The position numbers and the translations under genes are program-made. Source: a bacterium (lineage in GTDB: Bacteria > Patescibacteriota > Minisyncoccia > Phycocordibacterales > UBA5272). From it: DNA of 64,000 nucleotides. The stretch's first letter is position 1. Each line of letters begins with the position of its first letter. The stretch lies in NCBI GenBank assembly GCA_043771335.1, contig JAYVHM010000001.1, forward strand, positions 92,901 to 156,900. The letters run 5' to 3'. Positions 10,669 to 19,692 of the stretch are shown piece after piece. The notes under the pieces are model-generated. The model made no database searches. It was not told the DNA's origin and saw only the letters and a program-made list of their open reading frames with translations.

Positions 10669-11436
10669 TTACTTTGTTTTACTCATTTCTTTCATTAATC
10701 GTTTTAAAGAGTCTTGTTTTTCTGGAAAAAACTTATCAGCGATTTTACGGCCTAGGAATACAGATATTTCACGATGTACTTCATCTGGACTGTCGCTGCA
10801 GTGACATACATTACGTATCGCTCGTGGTCCACCATCTTCTGTCCAGGCTAACTCAAAAGAATCTATCGAATATTTCCCTCGCACACTCTCTGAGGCTGCG
10901 TATTCTGGCTCAATATTTCCTAAAAATTTTCTAGCCAAAGTAAAAGTAAGATCCTCTGAAGAGTTAACGGAAAAAATAATAGCATACATGTCACCGCTAC
11001 TCATATATTCTACGAGTGCTTCTGGTATGTTATTTTTTATTTGTAAACCAATCCAGTCAGGAACGTCTTCTGGCTTAACAGATCCTAACGTAGGACGAAG
11101 GTCTCCACGTTTTTTATTGATACATGTAGCGACTATCTTCTTTCCATATTTTGTTAACCAGTCATCTGACTTGTCATAAAAACTAGCTAATCCATAAGGT
11201 TTAGTCTCGGCAGCTTTTCCTTTTTTTATGACTTTAGAAAAAAGAACTTTTACTTTTAATCCATTGTCAGTAAATCCTTTCAAAAACATTTCCTCTATTT
11301 CTTTGTGATGACGCATGCCGTCTGGTTTTACTAACACAAAGAAGAGTGTGTCTTTTTTAGGAATATTTACTGAGGCTGTTTCGGAAACTAGTCTTGTGAC
11401 TGGTTTTTTTGCTGGTGGTCTTTTTTTAGTTACCAT
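10669..11436 (-). CDS. ndk: Nucleoside diphosphate kinase with a ~90-aa internal insertion and a basic N-terminal tail
   Basis: FFVLVKPDG, LVEYMSSGDMYAIIFS and NVCHCSDSPDEVHREISVFL align with NDK motifs, including the catalytic His; 255 aa versus about 140. Confidence 0.65.
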   Translation of the reverse strand: MVTKKRPPAKKPVTRLVSETASVNIPKKDTLFFVLVKPDGMRHHKEIEEMFLKGFTDNGLKVKVLFSKVIKKGKAAETKPYGLASFYDKSDDWLTKYGKKIVATCINKKRGDLRPTLGSVKPEDVPDWIGLQIKNNIPEALVEYMSSGDMYAIIFSVNSSEDLTFTLARKFLGNIEPEYAASESVRGKYSIDSFELAWTEDGGPRAIRNVCHCSDSPDEVHREISVFLGRKIADKFFPEKQDSLKRLMKEMSKTK

Positions 11437-11518
11437 TTAACTTTCTCCTTTAAAAAAACAACGTAACAAAATAGTTACTATGCTAAAATACTAACATAAA
11501 AAATAAATCAAAGCAAAT

Positions 11519-13579
11519 CTAATCTTTTTTCTCTTCTGATAATTTATCTCTCAAATATTTTATCTCATCCCTGAGTATCGCTGCCGTCTCAAAGTCTAAT
11601 GCCTTCACAGCTTCTTTCATTTGTTTTTCTTTTAAGGTGATTAATTTATTTGGATTCTTTGCAAATATCTTTTTATCTTTTTCCAAGTCACTATTGATTA
11701 ATTTTGCTCTATCTTTTTTAATATCATCGGTAATATCATGTATTCTCTTTTTAATAGTCTCTGGGGTAATACTATGTTTTATATTATAATCTAGCTGTAT
11801 GGTCCTCCTTCTCTCTGTCTCAGCCATCGCACGCTCCATACTACCTGTAATACTATCAGCATACAGTATTACTCTACCATTAACATTACGCGCGGCACGT
11901 CCTATGGTTTGTATTAACGAAGTGTCGCTCCTAAGGAACCCCTCCTTGTCTGCATCAAGTATCCCGATGAGTGTCACCTCAGGCAGATCTAGTCCTTCAC
12001 GGAGAAGGTTAACACCAACCAGAACATCGAATTCACCTTTTCTAAGAGCTGTTAATATTTCTATACGCTCCATAGTGAGCACTCCACTGTGTACGTATTT
12101 TGCTTTCAATCCTTTTGTGATTAAATACTCTGAGAGAGATTCTGCCATTTTCTTAGTGAGTGTAGTTGCCAATACCCTACCTCCACCCTTTATTTCTTTT
12201 TCACATTCATTTATAAAATCATGAACTTGACCCGGGTAATCTTTCTTCTTTTCTTTTGTATCGTCTTTTTTAAGCTCACGCACAGGACGCACTTCTAGCA
12301 CCGGATCTATTAATCCTGTTGGTCTGATTATCTGCTCTACTATTTCTCCTCCGAATTCTCTTTCATATTTTCCTGGTGTAGCACTGACATATATTGTCTG
12401 TCCTGCCCTCTCTTCGAATTCTACATATTTGAGTGGTCTATTATCTTTTGCACTGGGTAGACGAAAACCAAAGTCAACAAGAGTCTGTTTACGACTTTGG
12501 TCACCGGCATACATAGCATTCAGCTGAGGCAGTGTAACATGTGACTCATCTATAACTGTTAAAAATTCTGGCTTACCATCTGCATCATGAGGAAAATAAC
12601 TCATCAGTGTCTCTGGCGCTTCGCCTGGCATTTTACCTGACAATATGCGTGAATAGTTCTCAATACCAGAACAAAAACCAATTTCTTTTATCATAGCCAC
12701 ATCATATGTTGTTCTTCTCTTCAATCTATCTGCTTCTAATATTTTTTTATCAGCATCAAAATCTTTTAACCTTTCTGCTAGCTCATGCTTTATCTCTTCC
12801 ACAGCCCTCTCTCTCGTATTTTCATCACTAATAAAATGTTTCGCTGGGAAAATGAAATAATCCTCTACAACTTTTATCTCACGCATAGATACTGGATCCG
12901 TCACGCTTAGTCTACTTATTTTATTATTTGCAAATTCTATTTGCAACATTACTGTCTCAGATATAGCCATAATGTCTATTCTATTTCCAACAGCACGAAA
13001 AGTTCCAGGTGATAGGTCGGCATTGGTGCGCTCATAATGTATAGCTATGAACTTTAACATTAGCTCTGTCTTATTCGTCTCATCACCTACTTGTAATCTA
13101 ATATTTACTTTTTCATATTCTTTTGGAGATCCTAAACCGTAAATACAAGATACAGAGGCACAGATTATCACGTCACTTCTAGTTAATAATGCCTGAGTAC
13201 TAGCATGTCTTAGTCTATCTATCTCTTCGTTGATACTTGCATCCTTTTCTATATATGTGTCTGTTGTTGGTATATATGCTTCTGGCTGATAATAATCATA
13301 GTAAGATACAAAATAATGCACAGCAGCATCAGGGAAAAATTCTCGAAACTCTTGAGCTAACTGAGCAGCGAGTGTCTTATTGTGAGCAATAACAAGTGTT
13401 GGCTTTTGTATTTGCTGTATAACATTTGCAATAGTAAAAGTCTTACCTGTTCCTGTGGCTCCAAGCAATGTAGTTTTTTGCTTTCCTTCATTTACATTCT
13501 TAACCAAAGCCGAAATGGCCTTTGGCTGATCTCCAGCAGGCGTAAACCCTTTTATATTGAATCTATTTTTCTGATACAT
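11519..13579 (-). CDS. uvrB: Excinuclease ABC subunit B
   Basis: GDQPKAI..LLGATGTGKTF Walker A, helicase motifs, and C-terminal UVR domain (FETAAILRDEIKYLR). Confidence 0.9.
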   Translation of the reverse strand: MYQKNRFNIKGFTPAGDQPKAISALVKNVNEGKQKTTLLGATGTGKTFTIANVIQQIQKPTLVIAHNKTLAAQLAQEFREFFPDAAVHYFVSYYDYYQPEAYIPTTDTYIEKDASINEEIDRLRHASTQALLTRSDVIICASVSCIYGLGSPKEYEKVNIRLQVGDETNKTELMLKFIAIHYERTNADLSPGTFRAVGNRIDIMAISETVMLQIEFANNKISRLSVTDPVSMREIKVVEDYFIFPAKHFISDENTRERAVEEIKHELAERLKDFDADKKILEADRLKRRTTYDVAMIKEIGFCSGIENYSRILSGKMPGEAPETLMSYFPHDADGKPEFLTVIDESHVTLPQLNAMYAGDQSRKQTLVDFGFRLPSAKDNRPLKYVEFEERAGQTIYVSATPGKYEREFGGEIVEQIIRPTGLIDPVLEVRPVRELKKDDTKEKKKDYPGQVHDFINECEKEIKGGGRVLATTLTKKMAESLSEYLITKGLKAKYVHSGVLTMERIEILTALRKGEFDVLVGVNLLREGLDLPEVTLIGILDADKEGFLRSDTSLIQTIGRAARNVNGRVILYADSITGSMERAMAETERRRTIQLDYNIKHSITPETIKKRIHDITDDIKKDRAKLINSDLEKDKKIFAKNPNKLITLKEKQMKEAVKALDFETAAILRDEIKYLRDKLSEEKKD

Positions 13580-13624
13580 AAACTTTTAAATCTAAAATTT
13601 GCAAGATAAGTTATTTAATGTCAA

Positions 13625-14725
13625 TTATAGCATATATCTCACCCCATTTCTATCAATAAAAACTTTTAATTCTTTATTTATTTTTATTTCTTTTTTGCAA
13701 GACTCTTGTTTTTCACCTTCTTCTTTTAGACTTTCTAAATTATTTTCACAGTCTTTTTTAAAAGTAATATCTAAAACTTTCCCATTTTGAACATCAGTAG
13801 AAAACCACTGATCAAAAATATAATTACCAAGTGAGTAGTAAATATTTTTATCTTTATAAATTTCTGATTCCTGCACTACATGCGGATGTGAGCCTATCAC
13901 CATGTCAGCTCCAGCATCTATCCAGGCGTGAGCCAGATCTTTTTGTTTCTGATTTGAAAGCTTATCATACTCCACCCCCCAGTGTGGCATCACGATGACA
14001 AAGTCTATAAATTTGTCTTGATTTTTTATTCTCTTTATTTCTTCATTTATGATTTCTCCGGAGACTTTCGTAGTGAACTGATTATATCCGATATATGCTA
14101 TACATATTTCTTTCTCACATACCACTTCTGAGAGACTTTCTTTTTCAAAATTATCTTTATTTATATTTAAATTGTTATTGTATGGATTACCAAAGTATTT
14201 GATGTCTCCAGCAGCCAAGAACTTTTTTGTATCTTCATACCCAGCATGAAAAAAATTATCCGTGTGATTATTTGCAAGACTTACTACTTTTATATTTAGA
14301 AATTTTAGTATCTCTACGCTACTAATGGGGAAAGTGAAAAATAGATCTTTACCATAAGTCCCATCTTCATTTAGACTTTTACTTTTGTTCTCTGTTATCG
14401 GACCTTCGAGATTTGCCATCACATAGTCATATTCATTATTTATCTCCCTTAGATTATTTAAATAATTATTAACAAAATTTTCTGCTGAGCCATATCTGTT
14501 TATCTGCTTCCTGATATATCTATCTAGCATGATGTCACCTGAAAACAAAACATTTAATTCAAATTTTTCTATTTTTCTCTCTATTTTGTTTTCGTTTATA
14601 TTATCACTTATGTATGAGATATTATTTTTACTTAAATTATACTTATAAAGTAAGACCAAAATACCTATAAACCCTAAAATTAAAACTGTAAGATATTTAT
14701 TTTTTGTTTTCATATAATATTTCAA
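13625..14725 (-). CDS. CapA/PGA_cap-family metallophosphoesterase with N-terminal TM anchor
   Basis: LANNHTDNF, MPHWGVEY and SLGNYIFDQ motifs of the calcineurin-like CapA family. Confidence 0.6.
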   Translation of the reverse strand: MKYYMKTKNKYLTVLILGFIGILVLLYKYNLSKNNISYISDNINENKIERKIEKFELNVLFSGDIMLDRYIRKQINRYGSAENFVNNYLNNLREINNEYDYVMANLEGPITENKSKSLNEDGTYGKDLFFTFPISSVEILKFLNIKVVSLANNHTDNFFHAGYEDTKKFLAAGDIKYFGNPYNNNLNINKDNFEKESLSEVVCEKEICIAYIGYNQFTTKVSGEIINEEIKRIKNQDKFIDFVIVMPHWGVEYDKLSNQKQKDLAHAWIDAGADMVIGSHPHVVQESEIYKDKNIYYSLGNYIFDQWFSTDVQNGKVLDITFKKDCENNLESLKEEGEKQESCKKEIKINKELKVFIDRNGVRYML

Positions 14726-15365
14726 GACTAATCAAGTAATGATCCATGTGTCTAATTTTGTCTTTTATTATTTTTGGATTTTTGCTTTCTAGGTCCTTAC
14801 TTATGAATATCTTATCTAGTGGTAGGAACATTCTAGTTGTATGATTCGAAAATCTAAAAGTGTCTATGAAATCTTCTAAGAATAGAAGATATGATTTTTT
14901 ATCTAATTTAGAAGAAAAATATTTATTAAAAATCCAAAGATTGGTGTCACCTAAAATTATACTTTTCTTACTAGTGAAATCTTTTAATAAACTTTTAATT
15001 TCTAACAATCTCCTTCGTGGTGAAAAAGCATCCAAGTGTATAGGCAAGAAGTTAATACTATTGATAATAAAATAATTATTGAGAGGGTGCTCTACTTCTA
15101 CAAATGGGTATTTACTTAGTAATAATATTTTAGATATTCTATTTTCTGTGTTGATGATTCTGTGGTAAATTAGTTCTGGAAATGCATTTATAATTTTTCC
15201 TATGTCTTCTGTCATTAACTCTTGCAGAAATATAATATCTGCATTTTCTTTTTTTATTATCTCTTGGATTTTATCTAGATTCTCAACTTGAAAACACTGG
15301 TGCTTTCTACCAGGAAAATGTTTTAACCATATAAAGCTACCAATATTCCAAGAGATTATTTTCAT
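14697..15365 (-). CDS. Endonuclease/exonuclease/phosphatase (EEP) family protein
   Basis: SWNIGS, IIFLQEL, GDTN and HMDHYLISLE motifs; overlaps the CapA gene by 29 nt. Confidence 0.55.
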   Translation of the reverse strand: MKIISWNIGSFIWLKHFPGRKHQCFQVENLDKIQEIIKKENADIIFLQELMTEDIGKIINAFPELIYHRIINTENRISKILLLSKYPFVEVEHPLNNYFIINSINFLPIHLDAFSPRRRLLEIKSLLKDFTSKKSIILGDTNLWIFNKYFSSKLDKKSYLLFLEDFIDTFRFSNHTTRMFLPLDKIFISKDLESKNPKIIKDKIRHMDHYLISLEILYENKK

Positions 15366-15396
15366 GCTTCTAATTATTTACTTCTTTATTTTTATA

Positions 15397-15738
15397 TTAT
15401 AGCACCTCCACCTTTATCTCTAAAATTTCTTCTGGCCAGATGTTGGCTTTGTTTCTAATTTGTTTTTTAATTGGCAATATATAATTCTCATCTTTTTTAT
15501 TCCTAAAAAGTGAAGTATCCCAAATCACTGACTCCTCTTTTTTATTTTTCTTATTTATTATAAAAACTTTTTCTCCATTAGCATGAATTATATTAACTCT
15601 AACTTTTACCATTGCAGATTTTGGATAACTCTCTCTTATTATTTTTGACAGCTCCTTATCGAGACTAACAAAATGCCATCCCATATCCCCCGGCCACACC
15701 CACATCTTTGCTTTAAAAGTAATACTTTTATTTTGCAT
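15397..15738 (-). CDS. DUF1905-like small protein
   Basis: FKAKMWVWPGDMGWHFVSLDKELS N-terminal pattern typical of DUF1905/YdeI-like proteins. Confidence 0.45.
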   Translation of the reverse strand: MQNKSITFKAKMWVWPGDMGWHFVSLDKELSKIIRESYPKSAMVKVRVNIIHANGEKVFIINKKNKKEESVIWDTSLFRNKKDENYILPIKKQIRNKANIWPEEILEIKVEVL

Positions 15739-16354
15739 AAATTAGTCGACTACCCCAATTACTCTTTAGATTTTCTTTAGAAAAAATAGCCTCAGCTTTG
15801 GTGTCAAAATATTGCTTTAGTTCAACCTCTAATTGTGAATAATCATAGTGACTTTGCCACTTCTTAAGAGCTATTTCATTTCTTACGCTATAAAAATCCT
15901 CGAGCAGTTCATTAAAGTCAACCATACAACATCTGCCGTCTTTAGCTAGTCCACAGTTAATAGAAAAGTTATAGACATTGTCATGGTAGCCCAATTGCCA
16001 CAAAGTTACACACATTTCAAAATAAGAATCCAAAAAGTTTTTTGATTTCTCTATAGATAAATTTTTAAAACCATCTCCAAAAATAAGAACTTTATCCTGC
16101 TCATAGTCTGTATCATTCAGAAATATAGGATTTCCCAAAATCTCTAGTGGTATTGTTCGTAATATTTTTCCATAATACTCTTTGGCTATTTTTTTAAAAT
16201 TAAGAATCTTAATAAAAGGTTTTAAAAATTGAAAACCTTCTGATTTCGAAAGATCAAAGACTGTTTCAAAATAATTTTTTTTAAAAACTTTCAAAACCCT
16301 ATCTTCATCTATTTGATAAACTTTATAACTATACCCTTCTCCAATCTTTTTCAT
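15728..16354 (-). CDS. Small protein-kinase-like fold protein
   Basis: Gly-rich loop plus Lys (IGEGYSYKVY..VLKVFKK), HDN catalytic-loop-like and MVDFNEL (DFG-like). Start moved to MKKIGEG because the MCYNVA N-terminus is the promoter read-through. Confidence 0.4.
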   Translation of the reverse strand: MKKIGEGYSYKVYQIDEDRVLKVFKKNYFETVFDLSKSEGFQFLKPFIKILNFKKIAKEYYGKILRTIPLEILGNPIFLNDTDYEQDKVLIFGDGFKNLSIEKSKNFLDSYFEMCVTLWQLGYHDNVYNFSINCGLAKDGRCCMVDFNELLEDFYSVRNEIALKKWQSHYDYSQLEVELKQYFDTKAEAIFSKENLKSNWGSRLIYAK

Positions 16355-16360
16355 GGCTAC

Positions 16361-16371
16361 ATTATAACACA
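16361..16371 (-). promoter_or_regulatory. Extended -10 promoter TGTGTTATAAT, 6 nt before ATG (leaderless)
   Basis: Reverse complement of attataacaca, immediately after the tgt stop; ATG at 16354. Confidence 0.45.
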
Positions 16372-16372
16372 A

Positions 16373-17644
16373 TTAAATCTTTGATTTATAATACCTCTCG
16401 CAGAATTCCTTTTTGTAATTTAGGAAGTTGTCATCTAGTATAGACTGGCGGATGTTTTCTACGAGCTTGATCAAAAAGTGCAGATTGTGAGCGCTGGCGA
16501 TAGTCGCCGCTAACATCTCCTCAGCACGGAAAAGGTGACAAAGATAGGCTTTTGTGTATTTGTTTGCTGGGCAGTCTATATCATCACACACAGGACTCAT
16601 ATCGTTTTTAAATTTTGCATTAGTAATATTTAACTTACCATCATAGCTGTGCACACTACCGTGTCTCGCTATGCGAGTTGGTGACACGCAGTCAAAAGTA
16701 TCGATTCCATACTCAACACCCAAGAAAAAGTCTACTGGCTCACCGATACCGAGTAGGTGGCGTGGTTTACCTTCTGGGAGATTCTCAGTCGCACTCTTTA
16801 CGGTTTTGCCCATGTCTTCCTTTGTAAAGCTTCCTCCGATGCCAAAGCCGTCAAAATCCATCGCACCTAGAGTCTCTGCACTCTCTTTGCGCAGATCTTC
16901 AAATGCACCGCCTTGTACCACTGCAAATAATGCTTGCTGCTCAGCTGTTGCACTGCTCACCCCGAGTCTTTTGTGCTCATCTATACACCTCTTTGCCCAT
17001 CTGTGCGTACGATCCATAGCAGATATCTGATATTCACGACTAGCAAGTGGTGAAGTACACTCATCGAATGCAAAAAATATATCAGCGCCTAGATCATGCT
17101 GTATCTGCATGCTAGTCTCAGGAGTGAATCTATGGTACGAGCCATCGATAAAAGATTTGAAAGTTACTCCTTCTTCATCTATCTTTGCCATTTGGTTTTT
17201 GCTAGATTTTATTTTCACTTTTCCTTCATCGTCTGTAGTTTGTTTTTGTTTTGCACTGAGCTGAGCACTGGTGGCTATCTTTGACACACCAGTATCAAAG
17301 GCAGCTCCGAGTGAAAACACTTGGAATCCTCCCGAGTCAGTCACAGTAGGCAAAACTCGCCCACTATCGTCCACCCAGTTCATCATCTTACCAAAGCCTC
17401 CGTGATTTTTTACTAGCTCACTTCCTGGCTGAAGATATAGATGATAAGTATTTGCCAGCACTGCTTGTCCTCCGATATTTTTCACGTCTTCTACGCTGAG
17501 CGCCTTCACTGTGGCCTTTGTACCCACAGGGATAAATGCAGGAGTGAGTATATCACCATGCGGCGTATGTATCACCCCAGCTCTAGCCAAACTCACCTCA
17601 CTACTTCTCTTTTCTATTTCAAAATTAAATTTTTTATTTTGCAT
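16373..17644 (-). CDS. tgt: Queuine tRNA-ribosyltransferase
   Basis: AGVIHTPHGDILTPAFIPVGT, LLGIGEP and C-terminal Zn site (CxCxxC..H); contains a Lys-rich insertion. Confidence 0.9.
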   Translation of the reverse strand: MQNKKFNFEIEKRSSEVSLARAGVIHTPHGDILTPAFIPVGTKATVKALSVEDVKNIGGQAVLANTYHLYLQPGSELVKNHGGFGKMMNWVDDSGRVLPTVTDSGGFQVFSLGAAFDTGVSKIATSAQLSAKQKQTTDDEGKVKIKSSKNQMAKIDEEGVTFKSFIDGSYHRFTPETSMQIQHDLGADIFFAFDECTSPLASREYQISAMDRTHRWAKRCIDEHKRLGVSSATAEQQALFAVVQGGAFEDLRKESAETLGAMDFDGFGIGGSFTKEDMGKTVKSATENLPEGKPRHLLGIGEPVDFFLGVEYGIDTFDCVSPTRIARHGSVHSYDGKLNITNAKFKNDMSPVCDDIDCPANKYTKAYLCHLFRAEEMLAATIASAHNLHFLIKLVENIRQSILDDNFLNYKKEFCERYYKSKI

Positions 17645-17650
17645 ATATTT

Positions 17651-18028
17651 TTACTTCTTCTGTCCATCTTTATAATCTACCCATTCTAAAAATAAACCTT
17701 TTTCAAAACCACCCCTAATCTCTTTCTTTTTATCTCGCATTTTTAAAACTTCCTCCAGAGATATGTCATTATGAAAAAGTATGGCATCAATAACTTCTAT
17801 TAAGTCTCCCAACTCCTCTTTTAAGTGAGTCTTATCTTCTTCATCATACGCCTCCATAACTTCCTTTGTCTCTTCGAAGACTTTAGCTTTTAAACTTTCT
17901 AATATCTCTTCTTTGTTTATATATTTAAAAGAAACAGCATTGTGAACCTCTCCTTTTATTTTATCTGCATCCCAGATGTCAGTCATTTTATCCCTAACCA
18001 ATTTATTGTATATTACTTTATTTGACAT
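17651..18028 (-). CDS. MazG-like nucleotide pyrophosphohydrolase domain protein
   Basis: EETKEVMEA...EELGDLIEVIDAI helical EExxE/D motif pattern. Confidence 0.5.
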   Translation of the reverse strand: MSNKVIYNKLVRDKMTDIWDADKIKGEVHNAVSFKYINKEEILESLKAKVFEETKEVMEAYDEEDKTHLKEELGDLIEVIDAILFHNDISLEEVLKMRDKKKEIRGGFEKGLFLEWVDYKDGQKK

Positions 18029-18032
18029 ATTC

Positions 18033-18308
18033 TTATTTACTTAAAAACCAGTAATTTAAAATACCAAAAGTTATTATAGTAATTTCAAAAACTGTAGTGA
18101 CAAATCCTCCTACCTGATTTGCTTTTTTCCATCCATGATATGTTACGTACAACCAAAGAGTCTGCGCAAAAAATGCTACAACCAATCCATACTCTGGATG
18201 TTTTATAGAAGTTAAAAGCCAGCTAACAACAGCAACTATCGGCAATGCTATTTGTATAAACTTGTCAAAAAAATTATGCTTATCTTTGTGTATCTGTATA
18301 TGCTTCAT
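18033..18308 (-). CDS. Small membrane protein (2-3 TM)
   Basis: 91 aa, hydrophobic. Confidence 0.3.
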   Translation of the reverse strand: MKHIQIHKDKHNFFDKFIQIALPIVAVVSWLLTSIKHPEYGLVVAFFAQTLWLYVTYHGWKKANQVGGFVTTVFEITIITFGILNYWFLSK

Positions 18309-18381
18309 ATTTTTATTTCTTATATTATATCATAAAATACAACAGAAATCTTTTCCTATTTTATGTGATCCAAAAATAATC

Positions 18382-18672
18382 TTATAAAATTATCTTACCA
18401 TTTATTATTTCCACTCCTTCACTTTTTAATTTATTTATTTTTTCTACTGATCCACCTCTATTATAATCACCTATCTTTCCATCACTACGAACCACTCTGT
18501 GACATGGTACAGTTGTGTCATAATTGTTTTTCATTATTGTCCCCACAGCGCGGCTCGCTCCCGATACATTTACTCTCATAGCCACCTCCTTGTAGCTCAT
18601 GACTTTTCCTTTTGGTATCTCACGCACTACCTGTAAGACCTTCTCTCTAAAATTAATCATTCTTGTCTTCAT
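18382..18672 (-). CDS. Short methylated-DNA--protein-cysteine methyltransferase (C-terminal domain only)
   Basis: VPCHRVVRSDGKIGDYNRGG active-site PCHRV motif with the Cys retained. Confidence 0.6.
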   Translation of the reverse strand: MKTRMINFREKVLQVVREIPKGKVMSYKEVAMRVNVSGASRAVGTIMKNNYDTTVPCHRVVRSDGKIGDYNRGGSVEKINKLKSEGVEIINGKIIL

Positions 18673-18680
18673 TTTATTTT

Positions 18681-19196
18681 TTAAAGGATATCACTTAATA
18701 TTTCTTTTGATATTTTCTCTGCCGACTGTAGTGATGTATCAAAAGTTTTTATATTTAGATTTTTACTTTCTAGGTACTTATTATACATATTTTTATGCTT
18801 TTCTTCTGAAAAATTAATTTTGATTCCCGGCCTAGGATTAGATGTTCTTAAGCGAAACCTACTTAACAAAATCTCATATGGAGCTTCGATATTATATTCA
18901 TATACAGCATATTTTTTTTCTTTGGCATAATCTAACACTTCAGTATTTTTATAATCAGAGACAGAATTATGATCTTCCAGGAGAATATCTTCATCTTTAT
19001 CTATTCTATTTTTACCCATAACAACAAAAAGTTCTGTAACTTTTTGCTTATCTGAAGAAGAATCATAGTCAATAAAAAATCTTTTAATAGCATCAAACTT
19101 TAACCAAAATATATCTCGCTTAGTTTCAAAAATTTTATCTATTATCGTACTCTTGCCTGCGCATGATGGGCCGTTTATAATTATTAATTTTCTCAT
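18681..19196 (-). CDS. P-loop kinase (chloramphenicol-phosphotransferase/AAA_33-like)
   Basis: LIIINGPSCAGKST Walker A at the N-terminus; 171 aa. Confidence 0.45.
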   Translation of the reverse strand: MRKLIIINGPSCAGKSTIIDKIFETKRDIFWLKFDAIKRFFIDYDSSSDKQKVTELFVVMGKNRIDKDEDILLEDHNSVSDYKNTEVLDYAKEKKYAVYEYNIEAPYEILLSRFRLRTSNPRPGIKINFSEEKHKNMYNKYLESKNLNIKTFDTSLQSAEKISKEILSDIL

Positions 19197-19200
19197 ATTT

Positions 19201-19665
19201 TTATTTTCTCATGTCCTCAACAACTTCATCTCTATGTTCTTTTGCTTTTACGCTTTCGTATACTTTCTCTATCTTACCATCAGTACCTATCAATACACTC
19301 ATGCGCTCTATGCCCATATACTCTCTGCCCATGAATTTTTTGAGTCTCCATGCTCCATAATTTTTTATCATGTCAGTACTCTCATCACTGAGTATAGGGA
19401 AATTTAGATCATACTTGTCGGCAAATTTCTTATGACTCTTAACACTATCCTTACTAACTCCAAGTATGACTAGGCTTGATTTTTCTAGGTCTTCCTTACT
19501 ATCTCTAAAATTACAAGCCTCAGTAGTACATCCTGGCGTATCATCTTTTGGATAAAAATATATCAAAACTTTTTTCTTTTGATCTGTATATTGTTTTAAA
19601 GTTTTCTCTTCTCCGTTTTGGTCTAGTAATTTAAAATCTGGGGCTTTGTCTCCTATTTTTAGCAT
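19201..19665 (-). CDS. bcp: Peroxiredoxin Bcp/PrxQ
   Basis: YFYPKDDTPGCTTEAC peroxidatic-Cys motif. Confidence 0.8.
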   Translation of the reverse strand: MLKIGDKAPDFKLLDQNGEEKTLKQYTDQKKKVLIYFYPKDDTPGCTTEACNFRDSKEDLEKSSLVILGVSKDSVKSHKKFADKYDLNFPILSDESTDMIKNYGAWRLKKFMGREYMGIERMSVLIGTDGKIEKVYESVKAKEHRDEVVEDMRK

Positions 19666-19671
19666 ATACTA

Positions 19672-19680
19672 ATTATAACA
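19672..19680 (-). promoter_or_regulatory. Extended -10 promoter TGTTATAAT, 6 nt before the bcp ATG (leaderless)
   Basis: Reverse complement of attataaca at 19672..19680; ATG at 19665. Confidence 0.45.
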
Positions 19681-19692
19681 TAAAAATTAAAT

